Shown piece by piece: positions 28,752-38,012 of a stretch of 64,000 nucleotides of DNA. The stretch lies in IMG/VR virus record IMGVR_UViG_3300027792_000010; one strand, 5' to 3'. This stretch comes from a virus. Position numbers and translations under genes: made by a program. The notes under the pieces are model-generated. The model ran no database searches. It saw only the letters and a program-made list of their open reading frames with translations, and was not told where the DNA came from. Numbering within the stretch: position 1 is the first letter of the stretch; each line of letters starts with the position of its first letter.

Positions 28752-29780
28752 ATGGCTAGAGAACGCTTAACACAAAAGACTGCTGAAACACTTCTTTCAA
28801 AACCGGGGACTTCCGTTGAGGAGAAGGATTCAGGAATACCACACGATGTGTACACAATGAACAATCCTGAACATGAGAAGAATGATCCTAGTAAGGATGA
28901 GTATGTCATCGGAGATCCTTCAAAGTTTGGTGAAGATGTAAACAAGGATAATCTTTGGAAGAAAGACGATGCTTCTCGTGATCCTAAAACTAATCACCCT
29001 TCTAAAGGTGAGATTGCTAAGTCTGCTGCAGAAGCAGTAAAGCAAGCTAAACAACTCGAAGAGAAAGCTGTGAAGTGTATTATTGCTTCTCAGAGAATTC
29101 TTCCTGGAGCATCTGATGCTATTGTTGAGGAACAGGCTACTGATTTAATGTATCTCCCTCTCCAAGCGGTAAATGCAATGCTTACCCGTCAGGAAAAGCT
29201 TGCTATGATGATAGGTGAGGCTGCTGACGCTGCTGCTGATACAGCTAAAGAGGAAGATGAGGACAAAGAGGAAGAGGATAAGGAAAAAGAAGATAGTGAA
29301 AAAGAGGCCGGAAAGAAAGGTGAGATGCCTGCTGGCTTTGCTGCTATGATGAAGGCCAAGAAAGAAAAGGCTGAAGGTAAAGAAGAGGGTAAGGCTGACG
29401 AGGGTGAAGAGGGTGAATCTAAGGAAGCCAAGAAGGAAGAAAAGAAAGACCCTATGGAAGAAATGGAAGAGAAGCTTGCTGCTATGACTGCTGAATTTGA
29501 GAAAATGAAGGCAGAAAAGGGTAAGAGCAAAGACGAAGATACTAAGGAAACAGAAGAAGCTAAGGAAACCGAAGAAGCTAAGGAAGTTACAGAAGTTGAG
29601 GCTGGTGACAGCTTGATCGATGATATCTTCAATAGCGTTATGGCTTCTGATGAGAAAAAGGGCGCAAAGACCCTTAAAGGTCTTGTGAAGAAGGAAGCTT
29701 CTGAGGGTAATGGCCTCAACGGAGTAAGCCTCTGGGGAGCACCTCCTGACATCAGCCAGCACTTTGATACAAGAGCTTAA
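28752..29780 (+). CDS. capsid scaffolding protein (probable)
   Basis: Strong GAGGA RBS. Highly Glu/Lys/Ala-rich coiled coil between the protease and capsid genes. Confidence 0.6.
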   Translation: MARERLTQKTAETLLSKPGTSVEEKDSGIPHDVYTMNNPEHEKNDPSKDEYVIGDPSKFGEDVNKDNLWKKDDASRDPKTNHPSKGEIAKSAAEAVKQAKQLEEKAVKCIIASQRILPGASDAIVEEQATDLMYLPLQAVNAMLTRQEKLAMMIGEAADAAADTAKEEDEDKEEEDKEKEDSEKEAGKKGEMPAGFAAMMKAKKEKAEGKEEGKADEGEEGESKEAKKEEKKDPMEEMEEKLAAMTAEFEKMKAEKGKSKDEDTKETEEAKETEEAKEVTEVEAGDSLIDDIFNSVMASDEKKGAKTLKGLVKKEASEGNGLNGVSLWGAPPDISQHFDTRA

Positions 29781-29846
29781 ATAAAGAATTCCCGCCTTCG
29801 ATGTGAAGGATTGGATGTTACACAATACAGTTAATGGAGGTTTACA

Positions 29847-30425
29847 ATGGCTATCGGAGAAATGAGTGGAATAGTTCAGGATAAAAGTTTTAATATCCTG
29901 TACAGAGTGACTCTAAACACTCTTGGTAATCTGACCGCTACTGGTCTTACTCAGGACAACACAGGAACTACAGGTAATACTGCTCAGAAGGGAGCTAACA
30001 CCCGTCTTTCCAGCGACACTCCTAAGGGTATCCTCGGTGGTTCAGTAGTTGCAGTTGATGCAACAGGTGGAAGTGGGTATATCGTAGCAGCTAGCGGTGC
30101 AAACCGTGTAGTGGGTATTGCTGAAAACAATGCAGTTGGTTATCCTTATGAAAGCTCCAGTGGCGTTGCTTCTGGCAAGCTTCCATACCTCTGCGGTTCT
30201 GGTTCCGTATTTGCAACTGATCTCTATGAGACTAGAAATGCAGCGAACTCTGCGGATATTGCTTATGCAGCTGGTAATGCTCTGTATGCTTCTGCTAACG
30301 GTCTCCTGACTAATCAGACACCTACAGCAGCTTCTATCGGCAGCCCTCTTGACGAGATTGTCGGTATTCTTCTTGTAGCCCCATCTTCAAGCGATCCTTT
30401 TATGGTCGTTCAGATGAGGATCTAA
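29847..30425 (+). CDS. capsid decoration/cement protein (probable)
   Basis: Gly/Ala/Thr-rich 192-aa beta protein directly before the MCP. AGNALYASANGLLT motif of head decoration proteins. Confidence 0.65.
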   Translation: MAIGEMSGIVQDKSFNILYRVTLNTLGNLTATGLTQDNTGTTGNTAQKGANTRLSSDTPKGILGGSVVAVDATGGSGYIVAASGANRVVGIAENNAVGYPYESSSGVASGKLPYLCGSGSVFATDLYETRNAANSADIAYAAGNALYASANGLLTNQTPTAASIGSPLDEIVGILLVAPSSSDPFMVVQMRI

Positions 30426-30443
30426 GTAAGAGTAGTTTTTTTC

Positions 30444-30469
30444 AAGGGGCCTAAATACTTAGGCCCCTT
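30444..30469 (+). other. 11-bp perfect GC-rich hairpin without a following U-tract
   Basis: aaggggcctaa-atac-ttaggcccctt, preceded by T7 and followed by atcag. Confidence 0.7.
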
Positions 30470-30620
30470 ATCAGATAAGATGAATATTTGTGTAGGATGA
30501 CTAAAATACAGTAACTGAAAAGTATAGCTGAGTAGAGTCTCCTTACAAAATTCAATATAGGTCGCATCTAGCATCTGCTAGAATAGCGTAAGTTTTAAAG
30601 TCCTTTTTAGGAGGTTTTTC

Positions 30621-31502
30621 ATGGAACAGCAGATTACTAATGAACTAAAACAGCAGATCATTGGTGAGTACATCAAGACCGCTGGCGGTCGTGCAAAGCT
30701 TGCCGCTTCGATGGTTCAGCCTTTACGTCTTCGTAGAGACTATACTTCCGTAGCGCGTAAGGCTTTCTTGGTAGAACAACTCCCTGATGGTGCTCTCCCG
30801 ATTTATGACAAAGATCCTAACGTTACAGCCTTTGTGGTTGGAGAAGAGGGTGAGAATATTCTTGCCATCACTCGTCCACGTAGGGTGATTTTTCCATTGT
30901 TCGAGATCGCATCTAACCCTGAGATCCCTTTGACTCAGATTAAAGAAAGACGCTTTGACCTTATCGAGAGAAGTCAGGACCTCGCTAAAGCTCAGATTCA
31001 GGCTGCTGAGGATGGTCGTGCCTTTGATGTTATGGATGCAGTTGCAAGTAACGGTTTCGATAATCTCGGTGCCGCTTATGTGAATGCTCCTGTTAATGCT
31101 ATGGCTCCTCTTACACCTTCTGACCTAATCGATGCATTCGCACGTATTGAGACTCACGACCTTCGCGTAGCAAGAGTGTTTTGTAATGCTATTGATTTCG
31201 CGGATATTCGTAAATGGGGACGGGACGTTCTGGACATCGAGACACAAGCAACATTGCTCAAAACAGGTTTGATGGCTACTGTTTGGGGTGCTCAGATCAT
31301 CGTTACTCGTAAAGTAGCCCCAGGTTACATTTACGTTTGCGCAGATCCAGAGTTCTTCGGACGTATGCCTGTCAGAACTGAACTTACGGTATTGAGTGCA
31401 GACGATCCTAAGGCTCGTAGGATTGGGTTTAGTGTGTTCGAAAATTTAGGGATAGGCGCACATAATCCTTTAGCTATTACAAGAGTTAGAATCGCTCGAT
31501 AA
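30621..31502 (+). CDS. major capsid protein (HK97 fold, probable)
   Basis: 293 aa, strong GGAGG RBS, terminator downstream, end of the protease-scaffold-decoration series. LPDGALPIYD and GLMATVWGAQIIVT motifs. Confidence 0.8.
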   Translation: MEQQITNELKQQIIGEYIKTAGGRAKLAASMVQPLRLRRDYTSVARKAFLVEQLPDGALPIYDKDPNVTAFVVGEEGENILAITRPRRVIFPLFEIASNPEIPLTQIKERRFDLIERSQDLAKAQIQAAEDGRAFDVMDAVASNGFDNLGAAYVNAPVNAMAPLTPSDLIDAFARIETHDLRVARVFCNAIDFADIRKWGRDVLDIETQATLLKTGLMATVWGAQIIVTRKVAPGYIYVCADPEFFGRMPVRTELTVLSADDPKARRIGFSVFENLGIGAHNPLAITRVRIAR

Positions 31503-31525
31503 TTAAGTAGTACTTGTTTTTTAAT

Positions 31526-31560
31526 AAAAAAGGGAGATTTTTTCTCCCTTTTTTATTTTT
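31526..31560. terminator. intrinsic terminator (possibly bidirectional)
   Basis: aaaaaagggaga-ttttt-tctcccttttttattttt. Confidence 0.85.
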
Positions 31561-31594
31561 TACTTGATAATGACCCGAATACACGGTATATTAT
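31561..31594 (+). promoter_or_regulatory. class A bipartite promoter (TACTTGATA-N16-GTATATTAT)
   Basis: TTGATA-17 bp-TATATT, same frame of reference as the other three copies. Confidence 0.65.
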
Positions 31595-31610
31595 ACTTAG
31601 AGGTGTTACT

Positions 31611-33509
31611 ATGTATTCAGAACGTATTAAAGAAATACAAAAAAAAATTAGTATCGGCGTGACTTATACTGAGTTGTGCAAGAGCTATCCTATAACTAAA
31701 GCTCTTTACAGAAAACTTGGCGGGTCCTTTGTAAGACCTGTAAATACTAACAATGATATATTATCTTATATTGTAGATCCAAATTACAATATACTGAATA
31801 AAAATAATATTAGTAATATTGATCACGATGCTATTTTAGGGACTTTATTAGGGGATGCTAATATATATAAGATAACAGGTATTTACGACGATACCTATAC
31901 ATATTCTTTAGCGCATACATATGCTCAGATTGAGTATATAAAATTTCTTTATGAGTTATATAAACCATACACTAATAGGCTGCAGCTTAGAGAACCTTCA
32001 GATAATGATGGATTTAAGGATTACTGGATTTGTATTATACTAAAATCAGACATTTTTTTTAAAACTTATTATGATATGTTTTATTCATATGATGCGGGCT
32101 TAAATAATAAGCAGAAATATGTTTTTACAGATAAGATAGCGGAGGGTGTTAATTGGAAGAGTTTATCGTTTTGGGTTATGGATGATGGTAATAAGTCTGG
32201 AAGCGGTAAGGGTGTATTTGAAATATCTATAGGAAAAAAACCATATTATGAATTTAATGAAGTAAAAAGGTTTACAGAGATAGTATCCAATAACCTGAAT
32301 TTCAAATTAAAAGCTACAGAAGAGAAGTCCTGTTACACTATTAAAAATGATATGCATAATAGCAGTGAGGCTATATCTCAACTGTCTAAATATTTGTTAC
32401 CCCATTTTCATTATAAATTAGGTGTTTTACCGGATGATTGTTATTATAACTATAGACACGCTAAATGGTTTAAAGACTGGGAGAAGAGCAAGCATAATAT
32501 ACAACATCCATTTTTGATAGATAGGACAGTGACGGATTATAGAGAATCAGAAGATCCTATATTTAAAGTAAAATTCGAAAATGCTTTAAAAGTAAGAACT
32601 ATAATAAGGGGTTTTCCTTTTTACGACCTATCAGAAGAGGAGAAGAGATACCACTGGGGTAATATAACCCGATATGAAGCTAAATTGGTAGATAAAAAGA
32701 TTAGTGCAAGTCCTAAAGCTAATACTTTTCCTAGCTCTTTTATGAATCATAGATTTTATACGAAAATTGATAATAAACCAAGTCCTTATGAAGCCTTCTA
32801 TGACCGCAAAAACTTAGAGTTGATTATACAGAAACAGGTAGATAGTGGGGATAATATAGAAAATAGTAATATAAGAAATGCTATAGGGTATTATAGAAGT
32901 CAAGTAGCTGGTCAGTTTAATCCTTGTTTTGCTAAATATTATATTAATAAATACTGTGCTGGTGCGAGCGTCTTTGATCCGTGTGCTGGGTGGGGAGGAA
33001 GACTATGTGGGGCCGCTAGTTTAAATAAAAGTTATTACGGAATAGAGCCATATACTAAGACGTATGAGTCTTTGAAGGAGATGGCGGTTTGGATTAAGGG
33101 AAATACAGATTGTTTATCAGAAATATGCATATCTAACGGAGTAGCTGAGGATGATAGCTTTTTTAGTGGTTTGCTTTTTGATATGGCTATTACAAGTCCA
33201 CCTTATTTCAATAAAGAGAGATATTGCAATGAGGATACACAAAGTTATATAAGATACCCGCATTATGAGGATTGGAAAATAAAATTTTTTAAAAAAATGA
33301 TATTAAATGTTTTTAATAGACTTAAAATCGGTTCTTATTTTATTCTTAATATAGCTGATGTAAATGATTATTCTTTAGTTTTAGATGCTATACTAATAGC
33401 TAAGGAAATAGGGTTTTTAATGGAAGACGTGCATAAAGCCTCAACTTTTAAATCTGTTACTAATTTCAGTAAGATGAACGAAACTTTTCTTATATTGAAA
33501 AAGGATTAA
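31611..33509 (+). CDS. LAGLIDADG endonuclease fused to an amino (N4C/N6A) DNA methyltransferase
   Basis: N-half has ILGTLLGDANI and SLSFWVMDDG (two-motif LAGLIDADG). C-half has VFDPCAGWGGRL (SAM-binding), GIEP and AITSPPYF (catalytic). Confidence 0.8.
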   Translation: MYSERIKEIQKKISIGVTYTELCKSYPITKALYRKLGGSFVRPVNTNNDILSYIVDPNYNILNKNNISNIDHDAILGTLLGDANIYKITGIYDDTYTYSLAHTYAQIEYIKFLYELYKPYTNRLQLREPSDNDGFKDYWICIILKSDIFFKTYYDMFYSYDAGLNNKQKYVFTDKIAEGVNWKSLSFWVMDDGNKSGSGKGVFEISIGKKPYYEFNEVKRFTEIVSNNLNFKLKATEEKSCYTIKNDMHNSSEAISQLSKYLLPHFHYKLGVLPDDCYYNYRHAKWFKDWEKSKHNIQHPFLIDRTVTDYRESEDPIFKVKFENALKVRTIIRGFPFYDLSEEEKRYHWGNITRYEAKLVDKKISASPKANTFPSSFMNHRFYTKIDNKPSPYEAFYDRKNLELIIQKQVDSGDNIENSNIRNAIGYYRSQVAGQFNPCFAKYYINKYCAGASVFDPCAGWGGRLCGAASLNKSYYGIEPYTKTYESLKEMAVWIKGNTDCLSEICISNGVAEDDSFFSGLLFDMAITSPPYFNKERYCNEDTQSYIRYPHYEDWKIKFFKKMILNVFNRLKIGSYFILNIADVNDYSLVLDAILIAKEIGFLMEDVHKASTFKSVTNFSKMNETFLILKKD

Positions 33510-33513
33510 TAAG

Positions 33514-34344
33514 ATGGATGACTTAATTTGTAAAATATGTTTATTAGTAAGTGGTAAAGATTTGTCTAAACATATTAAAGAAGTACATAAAATGAGATTG
33601 AAAGAATATAAAGATATATATGGAGAGTATTTTAGTAAGTACATTAGTGAAAAGAGAAAACAAACATGTTTGTTAAAGTACGGAAATGAAAACTATAAAA
33701 ATGAAGAAGCACGAAAGTTATCTTTTGAGCTATATGAGGGAGGGCATCCTTTAAGAGATCCTTCTGTTAGAAGAAAAGCAGAAGAAACTAGTTTAAATTT
33801 ATATGGGGAGGCTCACTACACAAATAGAGAAAAGGCTAAGCAAACAAATAAAGAAAGATATGGAGTTGAATATACATGTGCTGCACCAAAAGTGATTGAA
33901 AAAAGGATTAGGACTTTAATAGATAAGTATGGTAAAGTTTTTAATATTTCTGATCCTCACAATAAAATAGAGTCACCCGATGATTTTATAACTCGCTATA
34001 ATAGTGGTGAAACTATTTCTAAACTAAGTTCTATGTATGGCGTATCAGAACCTACAGTATGTAGGTGGATTTCTGAGTTAAACTTAAAGAGGAGTGCGGT
34101 ACTAAAGGGAGAAAGAGAGGAGATTTCTCCTGTACTCTTGGTTATTAGTTATTTCAAAACTTGTGCAGAGTTATGTAGGATACTTTCTTTTTACGAATAT
34201 GGGAAAATTAAAGGATCTAAATATACTATTAAATTAAAAAGATTATTTAACTCAGGTAAAAAATTTAGCCACCTCAAGCAGGAATTATTTGATGTAGCAT
34301 TAAAGGCTGAGTTACAAAAATTATTTTTAGATAAGCTACTTTAA
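33514..34344 (+). CDS. homing-endonuclease-associated DNA-binding repeat protein (C2H2 finger, KxTxxxKYG repeats, HTH)
   Basis: CKIC...HIKEVH, KRKQTCLLKYG / KAKQTNKERYG repeats, TISKLSSMYGVSEPTVCRWI HTH. No nuclease active site recognised. Confidence 0.6.
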   Translation: MDDLICKICLLVSGKDLSKHIKEVHKMRLKEYKDIYGEYFSKYISEKRKQTCLLKYGNENYKNEEARKLSFELYEGGHPLRDPSVRRKAEETSLNLYGEAHYTNREKAKQTNKERYGVEYTCAAPKVIEKRIRTLIDKYGKVFNISDPHNKIESPDDFITRYNSGETISKLSSMYGVSEPTVCRWISELNLKRSAVLKGEREEISPVLLVISYFKTCAELCRILSFYEYGKIKGSKYTIKLKRLFNSGKKFSHLKQELFDVALKAELQKLFLDKLL

Positions 34345-34370
34345 ACTCATTGTTCCAAATAGTATATTAT
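34337..34370 (+). promoter_or_regulatory. class A bipartite promoter (TACTTTAAA-N16-GTATATTAT)
   Basis: Same motif and spacing as the copies at 3992 and 41111. Confidence 0.65.
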
Positions 34371-34419
34371 TTTGTTGAGTAATTTTTTATATCCATATTC
34401 ATATTAAAAAGGAGTTTTT

Positions 34420-34710
34420 ATGCCTACAGAAAAGAAGCCTCTATCAAAAACGGCACGTATCCAGTTGGTACGTGAGGCAAAGAAATTGGTTGGTACCATG
34501 AATAAGACAAATATGGCGGAAGCCATTCGTGCGCTTAAAGCTGATGTTACTAGGGTAGACGCTCGCTCCATCGTGGATGAGGCTGTTACTGCGGTTAAGG
34601 CAAAGACTGTTGCTAAACCAAAGACTGTTGTGGAACCAAAGACTACTGCTAAACCAAAGACCGTTGCTAAACCAAAGACCGTTGCTAAACCAAAGACCGC
34701 TAAGAAATAA
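34420..34710 (+). CDS. histone H1-like basic protein with AKPKTV repeats
   Basis: Lys/Ala-rich tail of five hexapeptide repeats. GGAG RBS. Confidence 0.75.
   Translation: MPTEKKPLSKTARIQLVREAKKLVGTMNKTNMAEAIRALKADVTRVDARSIVDEAVTAVKAKTVAKPKTVVEPKTTAKPKTVAKPKTVAKPKTAKK
34612..34701. repeat. 5 x 18-bp tandem repeat
   Basis: gctaaaccaaagac(c/t)gtt units encoding AKPKTV. Confidence 0.9.
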
Positions 34711-34781
34711 TCAGTTCCATAATCTTTTGATAAAGGATGGTATGTATACTCTTACCATCCTTTATTATTTTAGGGGGAAAT

Positions 34782-34985
34782 ATGGCAGCTGTAAAATATG
34801 AGTGTGCTACTTGTAAGAGCGACCCTATTAAGAAAGAAGATAACTTTGTTTCAATAGGCAAAGATTCAAAAGGCGCAAATATACAAGGTATAAGAAATAT
34901 AGTAGATTGTAATAATGTAAGATTCTATAATAATCAAGTTATGTGTAGAACATGTAATGCTATTGTCTATGAGGATATCAAATAA
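34782..34985 (+). CDS. small zinc-binding protein (CxxC x2)
   Basis: ATG 34782 after GGGGG RBS. CATC...CRTC. Confidence 0.7.
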   Translation: MAAVKYECATCKSDPIKKEDNFVSIGKDSKGANIQGIRNIVDCNNVRFYNNQVMCRTCNAIVYEDIK

Positions 34986-34997
34986 TCTTTTAATATA
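34982..34997 (+). promoter_or_regulatory. class B (probable late) promoter motif
   Basis: ataatcttttaatata, overlapping the TAA of the upstream gene. Confidence 0.55.
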
Positions 34998-35035
34998 AAC
35001 ACATAATAATTAAGGATATTTTCATAAGGTGAACT

Positions 35036-36067
35036 ATGTCCAAACTTATTAGCTGTTATATTAGAAAATTAGCAAATGAACTCCAAGGTAAAACCTGGTC
35101 TGATAGGATCAAGGAAGAGTTTGACATTCATATAGACTCAGATACGAAAGTAGAGTATCTGATTAATCTGTATAATGACCTAAGCAAAATCCCCGCTAAG
35201 ATTATAAAAGACTGTAAGATAAAGATTCTAAAGTTTGAAGATTTAGGACCGTCAAAAGAGTATTACCCTAATCATGGGGTGTATACTAGTGATGGTACCC
35301 TAATACTGAACTATAGAATGTTTGATGATCCTGAGTTATTTGAGGACGGTTCTGGTAAGTCTATGAGTAGATTTACCCATACGCTATACCACGAGTTAGG
35401 TCACGGGTTTGATATGTTAGAGGGAGAAGAGTTCTCTCTTAAACCTAAATGGATTGAATTATCTGGGTGGTCAGAAGACCCTAAACCAGGACTTAAAAGA
35501 ATTATTATTAGAGAGCAGGGATGCCCTGAAATAAGGGGGGAGTGGTTTTACGATCCTAATTCAGTGTTCTCACGTTTTTATGGTAAAAGGAATCCTTGGG
35601 ATGACTACGCGGATACGTTTAGTTTTTACGTAGGCGGGTTGAAAGGTATAATATCAGATAGCAAAATTAAGTATTTTGATGATGTACTAAAAAAGTATTA
35701 TACCCAAAAGTTAGCTATTGTTATACCTCCCCCAAAAGATGAAGAAACAAGAAAAGCCTTAGAGAGATATATGTCTGATAAGACCATAGATGAGTATAGA
35801 AAATATCTTCATACTTATTTAGATAAAGATGAGGAGTTACTTTCCTCGAAAGGATATGATATAGTAGATCTTACAAGAAATAAATTGATGAAGCAAGAAG
35901 AAAAAGTAAAGATGATGAGAGATGAGTTGAGTAAAGCATTAAGTCAGCACCCAACAAGAATGATTAAAAAAGCCTCAGAAGAGATATTAAAGGTATGTCA
36001 TAATTTATTAGGTATAGGTAAAGTCCGAGAATCTGAATATCTAATGTATCTAATAAATGAAAGATAA
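35036..36067 (+). CDS. zincin-like metallopeptidase (HExxH), anthrax-lethal-factor-like
   Basis: TLYHELGHGFD followed by YG..NPWDDYADTF. N-terminal leader MSKLISCYIRKLANE. Confidence 0.7.
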   Translation: MSKLISCYIRKLANELQGKTWSDRIKEEFDIHIDSDTKVEYLINLYNDLSKIPAKIIKDCKIKILKFEDLGPSKEYYPNHGVYTSDGTLILNYRMFDDPELFEDGSGKSMSRFTHTLYHELGHGFDMLEGEEFSLKPKWIELSGWSEDPKPGLKRIIIREQGCPEIRGEWFYDPNSVFSRFYGKRNPWDDYADTFSFYVGGLKGIISDSKIKYFDDVLKKYYTQKLAIVIPPPKDEETRKALERYMSDKTIDEYRKYLHTYLDKDEELLSSKGYDIVDLTRNKLMKQEEKVKMMRDELSKALSQHPTRMIKKASEEILKVCHNLLGIGKVRESEYLMYLINER

Positions 36068-36086
36068 AGACTAACAGGAGGGTAGT

Positions 36087-36398
36087 ATGTGGGGCATGTT
36101 TAAGGGACCGGATGGGAAAATTAGTATGATGCGTGCATCCACTTTCATAGTCGTTATATCTATTATGGGAGTTTTTGTAGCCCATAATATTGTGGCTATG
36201 GTAGCGGGTGCCGCCTTTGTCTCAATAGGTTTCTCAGAAGCAGGTTTAATTGCTGCTGCTATAGGAGTAAAAGCTTATCAGTCTTCAATAGAAAATAAAG
36301 ATGGTAAAGCAGCCGCAGATTTAAGTGCAGGCTCAGATATATCAGAGACAGCTTTAATGGTACCTGAGGAAGATGTATCTAAAGTGAATAAGAGGTAA
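36087..36398 (+). CDS. small membrane protein (2 TM), possibly holin-like
   Basis: DGKISMMR followed by two hydrophobic stretches and a charged C-terminal tail. Confidence 0.5.
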   Translation: MWGMFKGPDGKISMMRASTFIVVISIMGVFVAHNIVAMVAGAAFVSIGFSEAGLIAAAIGVKAYQSSIENKDGKAAADLSAGSDISETALMVPEEDVSKVNKR

Positions 36399-36402
36399 AA
36401 TT

Positions 36403-37371
36403 ATGCCCAATCCTAAGGATTATGACAATAAAAATAAATTCATGCATGATAGTATAAAGACTAATATAGCTGAAGGAAAGAAAAGAAATCAGGCTATAGC
36501 TATCTCTATTAGTATGTGGAATAGTAGGAATAAGAAGAAAAAGGGTAAAAGAAAAACTGCTTCGGAAATACTCAGGGAACTCTCTATGAGAATAGCTTTC
36601 ACTTTTCTAGGCAGGGAACCAACAGAGGTAGAAAAGAAAAAGTTGGAACAGGTATTTGATAAGTATCCCCAGGAAGAATTGAAACAGTTATCATCCCTTA
36701 TAGATAGGTGGTGGTATAATTCTAGCGACTTAATGACTAAAAATCCTGATAAAATGAAACTTTTTGTTATGTCATTCTACAATGAAGTGCTTAAAGACTT
36801 TTTGATGAAGCACTCAGACGATAAAGAATTACAGGAGATTAAGAAAATTATTACTGATTTAGGAGACCAGAATCAGAGGATACACCCAGCTTTTGTTATT
36901 AGGTTGATTAGGGATGCTATAAAGGAAGAAGCTATGGAAAAAAGGGCCGCAGGTAGTATAGTTTATTATGGATTATTTTTTGTACCCCCAGAGTCTATTA
37001 AACTTTTTAATGCGGCACAAAGTGGACCTTTATTAGTTAAAAAAATTCCTGATCCTCATATAACTTTTGCTTTTAAACCAGCTCCGGGTAAGCTTCCTCC
37101 AGAAGATTTATGGGGGGAAAAGTTTGATGTAGTAATAACTGGTTTGGGTAATGACGGAAATAACCAAGGATATAAAGTAGAGATTCCAGAAGAGTTGAAA
37201 AAATACTATTTTAATGATGCTATACCACACATCACGCTATCTGTTTCAAACATTGGAAAACCTGTAAATACAAGGAACCTTTTATTTAAAGATATTCCTA
37301 ATTTCAAGGTACAGGGTATATTTGGATACCACAACGGAGCAAAAGCAGTATTAGAAGAGAGTCCTAAATGA
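36403..37371 (+). CDS. multidomain protein with C-terminal 2H phosphoesterase
   Basis: Two HxT motifs (DPHITFAF, IPHITLSV) after a KRAAGS linker. N-terminal MPNP...EGKKRNQAIAISISMW module. Confidence 0.75.
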   Translation: MPNPKDYDNKNKFMHDSIKTNIAEGKKRNQAIAISISMWNSRNKKKKGKRKTASEILRELSMRIAFTFLGREPTEVEKKKLEQVFDKYPQEELKQLSSLIDRWWYNSSDLMTKNPDKMKLFVMSFYNEVLKDFLMKHSDDKELQEIKKIITDLGDQNQRIHPAFVIRLIRDAIKEEAMEKRAAGSIVYYGLFFVPPESIKLFNAAQSGPLLVKKIPDPHITFAFKPAPGKLPPEDLWGEKFDVVITGLGNDGNNQGYKVEIPEELKKYYFNDAIPHITLSVSNIGKPVNTRNLLFKDIPNFKVQGIFGYHNGAKAVLEESPK

Positions 37372-37943
37372 AGATATCCATATCACACAAGATAAGATAC
37401 AACGCTATGAGGTTAGCAAAAAAAGGAGCTAACTATTCAAAGTCTAGCTTACAATACGCTCTTCCAGAAGAGACTGCTAAAAGGATACTAAAGTGGTCAA
37501 AGGATAATATACCTGATGAAGAATTGTATACTGAAGAAGAGGATAAGGGAAGAGAAGATGAAATACATATAACGATCTTCTATGGAATATTGGATGAAGA
37601 TTCAGGCTCTACAGTTAAGGTTTTAGAAGATCACAATATAAAGTCTTTCCCTGTTCAACTTTCCACAGTTACTGCCTTCCAGAATAAGCCTGAATATGAT
37701 GTTCTTAAAGTAGATATAGAGTCATCAGAACTCCATAAGATTCATAAGCTTATAGAGAGATACTTGGATACTAAGAATGACTTTCCAGAATATAAACCCC
37801 ATCTTACCTTAGCATATTTGAAAAAAGGATATGCTGATAAGTACATAGGGAAAAAAGATTTTCAGGGTATTAGTGTGATTGCGGAGTCTGTGGAGTTTTC
37901 TTCTAAGAACGGCACAAAAACGAATATCAAATTAAAAAAGTGA
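37368..37943 (+). CDS. 2H phosphoesterase, T4 57B/Acb1-like
   Basis: EIHITIFYG and SSELHKIH...KNDFPEYKPHLTLAY (T4 57B/Acb1 has SEYLRCRH...THDFDDYTPHITLSY). Confidence 0.75.
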   Translation: MKISISHKIRYNAMRLAKKGANYSKSSLQYALPEETAKRILKWSKDNIPDEELYTEEEDKGREDEIHITIFYGILDEDSGSTVKVLEDHNIKSFPVQLSTVTAFQNKPEYDVLKVDIESSELHKIHKLIERYLDTKNDFPEYKPHLTLAYLKKGYADKYIGKKDFQGISVIAESVEFSSKNGTKTNIKLKK

Positions 37944-38012
37944 TAATTTATTAATACTATCTGATTTGTTAGATGCATATCTTTATTACATTCATATTAA
38001 AAGGAGATAGAT

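Noticed and set aside
30621-33509. Group I intron or intein origin for the LAGLIDADG-MTase ORF
   Set aside because: The MCP gene ends with its own stop and terminator, the ORF has its own promoter and RBS, and no Hint N- or C-terminal motifs are present.
37944-37957. Extra class B motif copies at 37944 (taattttattaata), near 56515 and on the minus strand at 41626
   Set aside because: They mismatch the ATAATCTWTTAAT core, and AT-rich background makes such partial matches uninformative.
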